From Burkholderiaceae bacterium (GTDB taxonomy: Bacteria; Pseudomonadota; Gammaproteobacteria; Burkholderiales; Burkholderiaceae_C), in contig DATILI010000168.1 of NCBI GenBank assembly GCA_035476635.1, positions 12,760 through 76,759 on the forward strand: a stretch of DNA of 64,000 nt, written 5' to 3'. A model generated the notes under the pieces. It made no database searches and was not told the origin of the DNA. It saw only the letters and a program-made list of their open reading frames with translations. The translations under genes were made by a program, and so were the position numbers. This document shows, one piece after another, positions 9,248 to 17,884 of this stretch. Each line of letters starts with the position of its first letter. Position 1 is the first letter of the stretch.

Positions 9248-10099
9248 ATGACGATAGACACCATCCTGGACGCCGCCGCCATCCAGGCATTTCAGCGCAA
9301 CGGTGCGGTTCTTTTGCGGGGGCTGGTCAGCGACGCATGGCGCGCCAAGCTCGCGGCCGTCTGCGCACGAGGGCAAGACCTGGCGACCGACCCGGGCACC
9401 CATTACACCGACCCGACGTTCGGTCTTGCCGTCGCCAAGCCCGTGCGCAGCGAGACCTTCGTCAAGGACAACAACTGGAAGGTGGACGATGACATGCGCG
9501 ACTTCATCCAGCAGTCGCCGCTGGCCGATGTGGCACGCCTGGCCATGGGCAGCCGCGAGGTGCGGTTGTATGAAGACCTGATCATCTGCAAGGGTGCGGG
9601 CAGCGATCAGCCGACGCCCTGGCACCAGGACGACGGCCAGTGGCCCATGCTGGGACTGCAGATGTGCGGCATCTGGTTCTGCCTGGAAGAGGCCACGCAG
9701 GCCACGGGCTCGCTGCGCTTCGCCGCGGGCTCCCATCGGGGGCCGCTCTACAACCCCTACATGCCGCCGGGAAGGGAAGCGGATCGCGAGAATTTCGAAG
9801 GCGGTGAGCTGCCCGATGTCGATGCGGACCCCGCGCGGTTCCCCGTGATCGGTATCGACGTGGCGCCCGGCGACGCCATCTTGTTTCACCCGCGCGTGCT
9901 GCATGCCGCGTACGGCAGCTCGCGCACGCATCAACGCCGCAGCTTCAGCTTCCGCTTCGTGGGCGACGACGTGCGCTGGAAGTCACGGCGAAACGTGTAC
10001 TACCGCTACCTGCTCGACATTCCCCTGAAGGATGGCGATCGGCTGGCCGATCCATGGTTCCCGCTGCTGCGTGGCGCCGAAACGGGAGCGACTGTATGA
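9248..10099 (+). CDS. Phytanoyl-CoA dioxygenase (PhyH) family Fe(II)/2-oxoglutarate-dependent oxygenase
   Basis: N-terminus FQRNGAVLLRGL, WHQD (HxD) and the distal HPRVLHAA histidine. 283 aa. Confidence 0.85.
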   Translation: MTIDTILDAAAIQAFQRNGAVLLRGLVSDAWRAKLAAVCARGQDLATDPGTHYTDPTFGLAVAKPVRSETFVKDNNWKVDDDMRDFIQQSPLADVARLAMGSREVRLYEDLIICKGAGSDQPTPWHQDDGQWPMLGLQMCGIWFCLEEATQATGSLRFAAGSHRGPLYNPYMPPGREADRENFEGGELPDVDADPARFPVIGIDVAPGDAILFHPRVLHAAYGSSRTHQRRSFSFRFVGDDVRWKSRRNVYYRYLLDIPLKDGDRLADPWFPLLRGAETGATV

Positions 10100-11346
10100 A
10101 CACCCTGCGCGTGCGTGATTACGACGACCCGAGCTTCGACCCCTTCGCCACCTTCGATGCCGCCCAGGGCATCGGCGAGGTCGATGACCCCTATCCCGTG
10201 ATCCATGCGCTGGCGCGCGCGGGTTCGGTGCAGACGGGCGACCTGCGCGAGAAGTTCGGATTGCGCCCCTTCGACCTCTGGGCCGACCTTCCCAGTGTGA
10301 TGGTGTTCGGCCAGGCCAACGTGGCGACCGTGTTTGGCGATGGTGTAACGTTCTCCAACGGCATCATGCAACGGATCTACGCCGATTCCTTCGGCCGTTC
10401 GATCAACGGCATGGACCAGCCCGAGCACACACGCTACCGGCGCATCTTCCAGCGCGCCTTCATGCCGACGACGGTGGCCCAGTGGGGCGGCCAACTGGTG
10501 CCACGGGTGGTGGCCGGCGTGATCGACAAGTTCGCCTCGCGCGGACATGCGGAGCTGATCAGCGAATTCACGCTGCAGTACCCTTTTGACGTGATCTACG
10601 AGCAGCTGCGGCTGCCGGCCGACGAGCGCGAAGTCTTCCAGCGGCTGGCCGTGGGCCTGATGTGCATCACGGTGGACTGGCCGCATGCGCTGGAGGCTTC
10701 GTCCAAGATGGGCGAGTACTTCCAGGTGCTGCTGGAGGAGCGGCGCGCCGAGCCCGAGGTGCCCGGGGACCTCATCAGCATGCTGGCCCACGCCGAAGTC
10801 GATGGCGACCGGCTGCCTGACGATGTGGCGGTGTCCTTTCTGCGTCAACTGATGAACGCCGCCGGCGACACCACCTACCGCAGCACCGGCAGCCTGCTGG
10901 TGGCCCTGCTGACCCACCCCGAGCAGCTGGATGCGGTGCGCGCCGACCGCACGCTGGTTCCGCGCGTCATCGACGAGGCCTTGCGATGGGAGGGGCCTTT
11001 GACGGTTCTCACGCGCCTGTGCACCCGCGATACGGTCGTGGACGGCGTGAACATCCCCGCCAATACCAGGGTGGACGTGGTGGTCGGCTCGGCGAACCGC
11101 GACCCCTCCCGCTATCCCGATCCCGATCGCTTCGACATCTTCCGCAAGCCCGAACGCCACATGGCTTTCGCCTTCGGCCCGCACGTGTGCATCGGCCAGC
11201 ACTTGGCGCGCCTGGAGATGGAGCGCGCGGTGAACGCCTTGCTCGACCGCTTCCCCAAGCTGCGCCTGGATCCAGCCAAGCCCGCGCCGCGGGTGCTGGG
11301 CCTGAACTCGCGCGCGCCCGACGTACTGCACGTGCGCTTTGACTGA
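10096..11346 (+). CDS. Cytochrome P450 (second, divergent from the first)
   Basis: ATGA overlap with the PhyH stop. I-helix NAAGDTT, EALRWEGP (ExxR) and heme loop FAFGPHVCIGQHLA. Confidence 0.93.
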   Translation: MNTLRVRDYDDPSFDPFATFDAAQGIGEVDDPYPVIHALARAGSVQTGDLREKFGLRPFDLWADLPSVMVFGQANVATVFGDGVTFSNGIMQRIYADSFGRSINGMDQPEHTRYRRIFQRAFMPTTVAQWGGQLVPRVVAGVIDKFASRGHAELISEFTLQYPFDVIYEQLRLPADEREVFQRLAVGLMCITVDWPHALEASSKMGEYFQVLLEERRAEPEVPGDLISMLAHAEVDGDRLPDDVAVSFLRQLMNAAGDTTYRSTGSLLVALLTHPEQLDAVRADRTLVPRVIDEALRWEGPLTVLTRLCTRDTVVDGVNIPANTRVDVVVGSANRDPSRYPDPDRFDIFRKPERHMAFAFGPHVCIGQHLARLEMERAVNALLDRFPKLRLDPAKPAPRVLGLNSRAPDVLHVRFD

Positions 11347-11367
11347 GCACCCCACCGGACACCTCGC

Positions 11368-12279
11368 ATGAACACCCCCTGGAAATGGCTGGAATCCACC
11401 GAACACATCCTGTTCGACGTGAAGGATGGCATTGCGCGCATCACCCTGAACCGGCCCGAGAAACGCAACGCCGTCACGGCGCTCATGCTCAAGGAGCTGA
11501 AGCAGGCTTTCGTGGAGGCCGACGACCTGCTGGAGGTCAACGTGATCGTGCTGCAAGGCGCGGGCCGTGACTTTTGCGCGGGCTACGACCTGGCCAGCGT
11601 CTATGCCGGCCGCGCGGCCGAGGCGGGCCAGACCTCGCGCTACCGCAGCAGCGTCAAGACCTTCGACGACGACTGCTGGGGGCTGGAGCGCAACCAGGAA
11701 GCGGTCAACGTCATCCCCGCGATCCACAAGCCGGTGATCGGCAAGGTGCATGGCAACTGCCTGGCGGGCGCCACCGACTTCGCGCTGGCCTGCGACATGG
11801 TGATCGCGTCGGAGGATGCCCGCATCGGCTTTCCCGCCACGCGGGCCAATGGCTCGCCGCCCAGCCACATGTGGACCTACCACCTGGGCCCGCAGTGGGC
11901 CAAGCGCCTGCTGATGTCGGGCGATTGCCTGACGGGACGGGACGCCGCGCGGCTGGGACTGGTGATGGACGCATTCCCGGCCGATCAGCTGGACGCGGAG
12001 GTCAACGAGCTGGCTCGCCGGCTGGCGTGTGTGGACTCGGAGCTGCTCTCGGCCCACAAGCGCATCGTCAACCTGGCGCTGGAGCTCACCGGCGCGGGCA
12101 CACTGCAGCGCCTGGCCGCGGAGAACGATGCGCGAGCTCACCTGTCCACCGGACCGCGCCGCACCGCCTTCAAGGCCGATATGGCCGCCCACGGACTGAA
12201 ACACGCCCTGACGCAACGCGACGCGCCCTTCGGCGATGGGCTCGTGCGCCTGGGCGCCGCCGGCGAACGCAACACGTGA
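11368..12279 (+). CDS. Enoyl-CoA hydratase/isomerase (crotonase) family protein
   Basis: GIARITLNRPEKRNAV, GAGRDFCAGYDL and KPVIGKVHGNCLAGATDFALACD are crotonase fold motifs. Confidence 0.88.
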   Translation: MNTPWKWLESTEHILFDVKDGIARITLNRPEKRNAVTALMLKELKQAFVEADDLLEVNVIVLQGAGRDFCAGYDLASVYAGRAAEAGQTSRYRSSVKTFDDDCWGLERNQEAVNVIPAIHKPVIGKVHGNCLAGATDFALACDMVIASEDARIGFPATRANGSPPSHMWTYHLGPQWAKRLLMSGDCLTGRDAARLGLVMDAFPADQLDAEVNELARRLACVDSELLSAHKRIVNLALELTGAGTLQRLAAENDARAHLSTGPRRTAFKADMAAHGLKHALTQRDAPFGDGLVRLGAAGERNT

Positions 12280-12292
12280 AGACGGAACACAG

Positions 12293-13060
12293 ATGACTAC
12301 CCTGGCCGACTACCAAGACCGCTATCGCAACATCCGCTTCGAGCGGCGCGACGGCATTCTGCAGATCAGCCTGCACACCGATGGCGGGCCGATGAAATGG
12401 GGCGCCGACCCCGGCGCCATCCACGAGCAACTGGGCCACGCCTTCCGCGACGTGGGCACCGACCGCGAGAACCGCGTCGTCATCCTTACCGGCACGGGCG
12501 ACGCCTTCTGCAAGGACCGCAACCCCGGCGAGTACAGCGAGGCCTTCAGCCCGGACTACTGGTATCGCATCTCGCGCGAGGGGCGCGACATGCTGATGAA
12601 CCTGCTGGACATCGACGTGCCCGTCATCTCGGCCATCAATGGCCCGGCGACGATCCACTCCGAACTGTGCGTGCTGGCCGACATCGTGCTGGCCGCCGAC
12701 ACGGCGAAGTTCCGCGACAGCCACATCGGCCAGGGCGTGGTGCCCGGCGACGGCTGCCACGCCGTGTGGAACCTGCTGCTGGGTCGCAGCCGTGGGCACT
12801 ATTACCTGCTCACCGCGGAGACGTTGTCGGTGCAAAAAGCTTACGACTTCGGCGTGGTGCACGAGATTCTTCCCCCGGGCGACTTGCTGGCCCGGGCTTG
12901 GGCCTTGGCTACCACGCTCGCGGCCAAGCCGCTGACGACGCTGCGCTATTCGCGCACCCTCTTCGCCCAGCCGCTGAAGGAGTCGCTGCTGCGCGAGCTC
13001 AGCTTCGGTCTGGCGCTGGAGGGCTTGTCGGTGAGCGCGCTGGTGGCGAGTAAGGCATGA
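12293..13060 (+). CDS. Enoyl-CoA hydratase/isomerase (crotonase) family protein
   Basis: ILQISLHTDGGPMKW, TGTGDAFC and VPVISAINGPATIHSELCVLADIV. Start at ATG 12293 inside ORF 12236..13060. Confidence 0.85.
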   Translation: MTTLADYQDRYRNIRFERRDGILQISLHTDGGPMKWGADPGAIHEQLGHAFRDVGTDRENRVVILTGTGDAFCKDRNPGEYSEAFSPDYWYRISREGRDMLMNLLDIDVPVISAINGPATIHSELCVLADIVLAADTAKFRDSHIGQGVVPGDGCHAVWNLLLGRSRGHYYLLTAETLSVQKAYDFGVVHEILPPGDLLARAWALATTLAAKPLTTLRYSRTLFAQPLKESLLRELSFGLALEGLSVSALVASKA

Positions 13061-13194
13061 CGGGCGTGACGGTTGCGATCAAGCAAGTCCCGGATCCGGT
13101 CGAGATCGAAGCGCTGCGGGCATATCCACACTTGGAACACCGAGGAACCACCATGCCAGTGCAGGTCAAGGGACAGCAGCGGAACCGGAGGTAA
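13057..13194 (+). pseudogene. Possible EtfB/FixA-like N-terminal stub (45 codons)
   Basis: ATGA-coupled to the crotonase stop. MTGVTVAIKQVPDPVEIE resembles the EtfB/FixA start (..IVVCIKQVPD..). Similarity is then lost and the ORF runs into the 3' end of the convergent gene. Weak, short match. Confidence 0.2.
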
Positions 13195-13786
13195 GAGCGC
13201 TCCGGCGCGCGCGCAGTCGTTCCATCGCCTGCTGTTGCAGTGACGCGTAGACGCTGTTGCCGTGCGCGTCGATCGCCACCGTGGCGGGGCCCAGTTCGCT
13301 CACTTCCAGCGTGAGCAGGCGAAACTGCGCGATGTAATCCGTCCAGTTCACCGCGACCACCAGGCGGATCGCCTGCGACAGCAGGGTGCAGCCACCGCCC
13401 AGGAATGAGAGATAGACGCAGCCTTGGCGCTGCAGCGCCTGCACACTGGCGGCGTCGAGGCCGCCCTTTCCGCCCACCAGTCGCAGCCCATAGCCCTCGA
13501 TGAGCCGCGGCATGTACGGGTTGTAGCGCGTGCTGGTCGTCGGGTTCAGGTACAGCGCTTCGGGCCCCGAGCCGTCGGCCGCCTCGCGGTTGTAGCAGCT
13601 CAGATGCATGAAGGCGCCATCCCGCAGGTCCACCGGGAGCGGCTCGCCGCGATCGAGGTGCTCGACCATGCGCTTGTGCGTGGGCAGGCCGATGCTCATC
13701 GTCACTTCACCCGTGAGCAGCACCATGTCGCCGACGCCCAGCGCCTCGACGTCCGCCCGCGCCAGCGGAAGCTTGAGGTGTTTCAT
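13166..13786 (-). CDS. Fe-S hydro-lyase beta subunit (class I fumarase C-terminal / tartrate dehydratase TtdB-like)
   Basis: MKHLKLPLARADVEALGVGDMVLLTGEVTMSIGLPTHKRM.. has the typical beta-subunit swivel-domain pattern. 4-nt overlap with the alpha subunit gene. Confidence 0.85.
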   Translation of the reverse strand: MKHLKLPLARADVEALGVGDMVLLTGEVTMSIGLPTHKRMVEHLDRGEPLPVDLRDGAFMHLSCYNREAADGSGPEALYLNPTTSTRYNPYMPRLIEGYGLRLVGGKGGLDAASVQALQRQGCVYLSFLGGGCTLLSQAIRLVVAVNWTDYIAQFRLLTLEVSELGPATVAIDAHGNSVYASLQQQAMERLRARRSALTSGSAAVP

Positions 13787-14649
13787 TCAATGCGCTCCAC
13801 CCGCCCGTCGCCGTGGATGCGGGCGCGCGTGCGGCGGTTTATCCAGCAGTTGAGGCTCACCGCCACCGGCACGAAGCCGTGGGAGCCCGAGTAGTTGATG
13901 TGCACCGCCATCGCCGTGGTGTTGCCGCCGGTACCCATCGGGCCGAAGCCCATGTCGTTGATGGCCTCCAGCAGGCGCTGCTCCATGCCGGCCAGCAACG
14001 GTTCGGGGTTGGTCTGGCCGAACGGACGCAGCACCGCCTCCTTGGCGATCCTGGCCGCATGGTCAAAGGTGCCGCCGATGCCCACGCCCACCACGATCGG
14101 CGGGCACGCTTGCGAGCCGGCCTTGACGACCGTATCCAGCACGAAGTCCTCGATGTTCTGCAACGAGGGATAGACGAAGGTCTCGATCGCTTCCCAGCGG
14201 CCCGTGCCCATGGCCTTGGGCGCGCAGGTAATGTCCATGTAATCGGCGTCGTCGAGCACGTCGAAGCTCACGATCGGGATGTCTTTGCCCGAGTGGCTGC
14301 GCTCATGGGTCAGCGGGTTGGTCACCATCTTCAGGATCGGCGGATCAATGCGCGCGGCCAGGCGGGCGAAACCGTCGACAATGGCCTGCCGCACCTGGCC
14401 CGCGAACTGCACGCGGGTGCCGATCTTGATGCTGTAGGTGGGAATACCCACGTCCGAACACACCAGCCCGTCGGTGCTTTCCGCCGCATCGGCGCTTTTC
14501 AGCATGATGGTCAGCGTCTTGCGGCCGGTCTCGTTGCTCTCGCGCGGAACGGCAGCGCGCAGCGCCTGCTTGGTGTCCTCCGGGATCTTCTTCAGCGACC
14601 ACTCGTAGAGGTCGGCAGTGACCCGCGTGATCTGTTCGCTCGTGATCAT
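13783..14649 (-). CDS. Fe-S hydro-lyase alpha subunit (class I fumarase N-terminal / TtdA-like)
   Basis: 288 aa. ..CSDVGIPTYSIKIG.., GTGRW and PPIVVGVGIGGTFD are typical of the Fumerase N-terminal domain. Confidence 0.85.
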   Translation of the reverse strand: MITSEQITRVTADLYEWSLKKIPEDTKQALRAAVPRESNETGRKTLTIMLKSADAAESTDGLVCSDVGIPTYSIKIGTRVQFAGQVRQAIVDGFARLAARIDPPILKMVTNPLTHERSHSGKDIPIVSFDVLDDADYMDITCAPKAMGTGRWEAIETFVYPSLQNIEDFVLDTVVKAGSQACPPIVVGVGIGGTFDHAARIAKEAVLRPFGQTNPEPLLAGMEQRLLEAINDMGFGPMGTGGNTTAMAVHINYSGSHGFVPVAVSLNCWINRRTRARIHGDGRVERIE

Positions 14650-14658
14650 GGTGTCCCT

Positions 14659-15648
14659 TCAGCAGGCCGGCAGGCCCGCATGTCTTGCCCTCAGCCGCGC
14701 CAGCGCACGAACGCCGGCGAGCGTCGGCACCGGCATCGCCACCGCGGCGGCGCATTCCAGCAGCGTGCCGAGGATGGCCTCGACCTCCACCGGGCGGCCG
14801 GCCTCCAGGTCCTGCAGCATCGAGGTCTTGATGCGCCCGAGTTGGCGGGACTGCGCAATGCGGCGCTCGGGTTCGATGTCCCGTCGCAGGCCGAGGCGGC
14901 CGCCGATGCCCAGTACCTCTTCCATCATCCGCACGAATAGCGCGTGCAGATCGGGGTCGTCGATCATTTCGTCGGTCGTCGCGCCCGTCAGCAGGCTCAC
15001 CGGGTTGAAGCAGGCGTTGCCCAGCAGCTTGAGCCACACGTCCTGCCGAATGTCGTCGCTGGTCTGTGCGTCCAGGCCCGCAGCCTGCAACCGCTGCGCC
15101 AGCGCATCGGCGCGCTCGCTGCGGCCCCCTCCCGGCTCGCCCAGCACGAGGCGCCCACCGCTGTCGTGCTGCACCACACCGGGCTGCGGGCAGTGGCAGG
15201 CGGCGAACACGCTCAGTCCCAGCACGTGCGGCAGCGGCAGCGCCCGCTCGGCCTCGCCCCGCGGGTCGACGCTGTGCAGCCGCAGGCCCGAACAAGGCTG
15301 GCCGGGTGCAAGAAAATACCACCACGGCAGACCATTACTGGCGCTCAGCACCAGCGTTTTCTCGTGCAGCAGCGGCTGCAAGCTGGGCGCGATGGCCGGC
15401 AGCGAAGGCGCCTTCACCGTGACGAGCACGACGTCCTGCGGCCCGAGTTCGGCCGCGCTGGCCGCGGCGCGCACCGGCACCACGTCGCGCTTGCCGCCGC
15501 TGCGCAGCTCGATGCCAGTCGTGGCCAGCTGCTGCAGCGTGGCGCCGCGGGCGAGCACGCTCACAGTCTCGCCGGCGAGCGCCAGCCGCGCCGCGAGCCA
15601 GCCACCGATCGCGCCGGCTCCCACAACGCAGATGCGAACGGGCGTCAT
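14659..15648 (-). CDS. 2-dehydropantoate 2-reductase (PanE/ApbA) family oxidoreductase
   Basis: MTPVRICVVGAGAIGGWLAARLALAGETVSVLARG is a Rossmann fold. VTVKA, the NG.. motifs and the C-terminal helical domain pattern are present. Confidence 0.88.
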   Translation of the reverse strand: MTPVRICVVGAGAIGGWLAARLALAGETVSVLARGATLQQLATTGIELRSGGKRDVVPVRAAASAAELGPQDVVLVTVKAPSLPAIAPSLQPLLHEKTLVLSASNGLPWWYFLAPGQPCSGLRLHSVDPRGEAERALPLPHVLGLSVFAACHCPQPGVVQHDSGGRLVLGEPGGGRSERADALAQRLQAAGLDAQTSDDIRQDVWLKLLGNACFNPVSLLTGATTDEMIDDPDLHALFVRMMEEVLGIGGRLGLRRDIEPERRIAQSRQLGRIKTSMLQDLEAGRPVEVEAILGTLLECAAAVAMPVPTLAGVRALARLRARHAGLPAC

Positions 15649-16493
15649 GCCGCAGGCAGCGGGTAATCGCTCTCGTTCGCCACCTTGCCGGGCTTGCTGG
15701 CGAAGTCCATCCGCGGCGGGGCGAAGATGTCCAACAGCCAGGCACCGCCGGCGTTAATGTTGCGGCTGGTATGGATCACCTTCGGCGGGATCACCGTCAG
15801 CGAGGGGCTCCCCACCTCAGCGTGCTCGTCGTCCCGCCACGCGTTCAAGTCCGCCGTCCACGGGTAGCGCATGTGGTGCACCCACTGGCCCTGGATGGCC
15901 AGCGAGCCCTGCTCGAAGTCCGCGTGCGTGTGCGGGCTGAGCTTGCTCACGTCGCGCGGCGCCGGCCGCGGGAGCATCACGTTCACCATTAGGTTGGTGC
16001 TGCGGAAAATGCGCATGTTGCTGCCCGCCTGCGTGTACCGCGCGAGCGGATAGTGGCGCAGCTTGAAGCCGTCGGCCGGCGTGGGCCAGGGCACGAGCGG
16101 CGCCACGTCGGGCGCGCCCTGTGCGTAGTCGGCGGCATTGTCCGCCAGCGCCAGCAGGTCCTTGGCCTGGTGCGAGAACACGCAGACGACCTGGCCGCCC
16201 CCTTCGACGACGACTTCGCTGTCGCCGGGCGGAAATATGGTGAGCGATTCGGCCCGGGCCCGCACGCTCTCGCTGCCGGCGCGCAGGGTGGCGCCGGTGT
16301 CCGGCAGGAACACGATGTACTCGTCGGGTTGACGCTGGCGCGCGAGGCGGGCACCGGCCTCGGCCTGCGTGACCGTGACGATGAAGTTGGCGCCGCGCGC
16401 GATCCAGGTGCGGGCACCGGGGGTCTCGAGCTGCGGCGGGCGGTCGTGGTGGCGCACGCAGGAGGCGCCGCGAAGGGGAGTGGCAGTGCTCAT
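15645..16493 (-). CDS. Bicupin-like protein (metal-binding cupin motif in the C-terminal half)
   Basis: Start at MSTATPL (ATG 16493, ATGA overlap with the aldolase stop). SPHTHADFEQGSLAIQG fits the cupin motif G(x)5HxH(x)3-4E(x)6G. The rest of long ORF 15645..16937 is Arg-rich shadow sequence. Confidence 0.75.
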   Translation of the reverse strand: MSTATPLRGASCVRHHDRPPQLETPGARTWIARGANFIVTVTQAEAGARLARQRQPDEYIVFLPDTGATLRAGSESVRARAESLTIFPPGDSEVVVEGGGQVVCVFSHQAKDLLALADNAADYAQGAPDVAPLVPWPTPADGFKLRHYPLARYTQAGSNMRIFRSTNLMVNVMLPRPAPRDVSKLSPHTHADFEQGSLAIQGQWVHHMRYPWTADLNAWRDDEHAEVGSPSLTVIPPKVIHTSRNINAGGAWLLDIFAPPRMDFASKPGKVANESDYPLPAA

Positions 16494-17248
16494 GATTTCG
16501 GGGTGGAGGAAGTTAGGGGACGGGCGATGGCCTGGACGGCCTGGCGCAGCAGCGACTGGTCGGAGCCCTGGATGAACCAGCGCACGCCCAGAGCGCGGTA
16601 CTTGTCGCGCTCCGCGGTGCTGCCGACGAACATGCCAACCTGCTTGCCGGCGGCGAGGCCGGTACGAATCACGTGCTCGGTGGCCTCGCTCACGCGCAGC
16701 TCCTGCGCGCTGTCGAGGCCCATCGAAAGCGCGAGGTCCGCGCGGCCGATGAAGAGCGCGCCGACGCCGGCGACGGCCGCGATGTGCGCGGCGTTGCCCA
16801 CCGCCTGCACGCTCTCGATCTGGCACACCACGACGTTGCGGTCGCCCTCGCGGATAGCTTCCTTCATGCCGAGCGCGCCATAGCCGGCCGCGCGCGGCGA
16901 GCTGGAATAGCCGCGGTCGCCGCCGACGTAGCGGCAATGCGCGACCACGTCCGTCGCGTCTTGCGCCGTGTCCACGTGCGGCACCAGCACGCCGGCGGCG
17001 CCCAGGTCCAGCACCGACAGCAGGCTGGCGGCTTCGCGATCCTGTATGCGCACCAGCAGGGGCAGCGCCGCCGCGCGGCCCGCCATCATCGCGAGGTCGA
17101 GTGACGCGCGGTCGAAGGGTGCGTGCTCGGCGTCGAGGACCGCGAAGTCGAGGCCGCTGCCGCCTAGGATCTCGATGGCGTGCGGCGAGGTGGTCTTGAC
17201 GAAGGTGCCGACGTGGTACTCGTCGCCGGCGGGCAAGGCGTAAGTCAT
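16490..17248 (-). CDS. HpcH/HpaI-family aldolase (2,4-dihydroxyhept-2-ene-1,7-dioate aldolase-like)
   Basis: HVGTFVKTTSPHAIEILGGSGLDFAVLDAEHAPFD and VRI..GAAGVLVPHVDTAQDA are typical of class II HpcH aldolases. Confidence 0.9.
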   Translation of the reverse strand: MTYALPAGDEYHVGTFVKTTSPHAIEILGGSGLDFAVLDAEHAPFDRASLDLAMMAGRAAALPLLVRIQDREAASLLSVLDLGAAGVLVPHVDTAQDATDVVAHCRYVGGDRGYSSSPRAAGYGALGMKEAIREGDRNVVVCQIESVQAVGNAAHIAAVAGVGALFIGRADLALSMGLDSAQELRVSEATEHVIRTGLAAGKQVGMFVGSTAERDKYRALGVRWFIQGSDQSLLRQAVQAIARPLTSSTPKS

Positions 17249-17252
17249 GGTG

Positions 17253-17852
17253 TCATTCCGTGGGTTCGCCGGGCGGCCGCTGCAGGGCCGGCCGGTGGAA
17301 GATCTCGCCGAGCGCGGCGTAGTACGGGCCGCCCAGGCGGGCGATCGGCCGCAGCTTGACGCTGTCGACGTTGCGGCCGTCGTACACGGCCTGCGAGAGG
17401 TGGAACACCAACACCTCGCCGATGTAGAGCGTGTTCAGGCCACGGCCCAGCGTCACCGCCTGGTCGAGCTTGCACTCCATATGGATCGGTGAAGCGGCGA
17501 TGCGCGGCACCGGCGTCACGGTGCCCGGCAACAGTTCGATGCCGAGCGCCTCGGGCTCGCCGACTTCAGGCGGGTAGTCGGCGCCGCAGCGGTGCATGGT
17601 TTCCATCACGGCTTCAGTCGCCACGTTGACGCAGAACCAGCCGGTCGCGCGGATGTTGCGCGCCGTGTCCTTCAGCTCACCGAGCCGCGTGCCGATGTTC
17701 ACCGCCAGCATCGGCGGGCTGTGCGCCACGTAGTTGTACGAGCTGAAAGGCGCGGCATTCACGCGGCCCTCCGGGCTGACCGTGGTGATCCACGCGACCG
17801 GCCGCGGCACCACCGCCCCGCAGATCAGGCGGTAGGCCGTGGCCGTGTCCAT
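17253..17852 (-). CDS. Flavin reductase-like (FMN-binding split-barrel) protein
   Basis: Start at MDTATAYRL. VPRPVAWITTVSPEGRVNAAPFSSYN is the flavin reductase domain hallmark. The upstream part of ORF 17253..18635 overlaps the amidohydrolase gene and is rejected. Confidence 0.85.
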   Translation of the reverse strand: MDTATAYRLICGAVVPRPVAWITTVSPEGRVNAAPFSSYNYVAHSPPMLAVNIGTRLGELKDTARNIRATGWFCVNVATEAVMETMHRCGADYPPEVGEPEALGIELLPGTVTPVPRIAASPIHMECKLDQAVTLGRGLNTLYIGEVLVFHLSQAVYDGRNVDSVKLRPIARLGGPYYAALGEIFHRPALQRPPGEPTE

Positions 17853-17884
17853 GCCCTCGGCCGAGACAGTGGTGAAAGCGTGCG

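Noticed and set aside
10006-12216. Very long (736 aa) minus-strand ORF antisense to the second P450 and the first crotonase. Similar long antisense ORFs occur at 437..1474, 2551..3705, 7968..9290, 21905..23047, 34350..35666, 35440..37144, 38337..39650 and 43431..44552.
   Set aside because: Their translations are Arg/Ala/Gly/His-rich, low-complexity sequence with no recognisable motifs. They lie opposite genes with clear family signatures. Open antisense frames of this kind are expected in high-GC DNA because stop codons are AT-rich.
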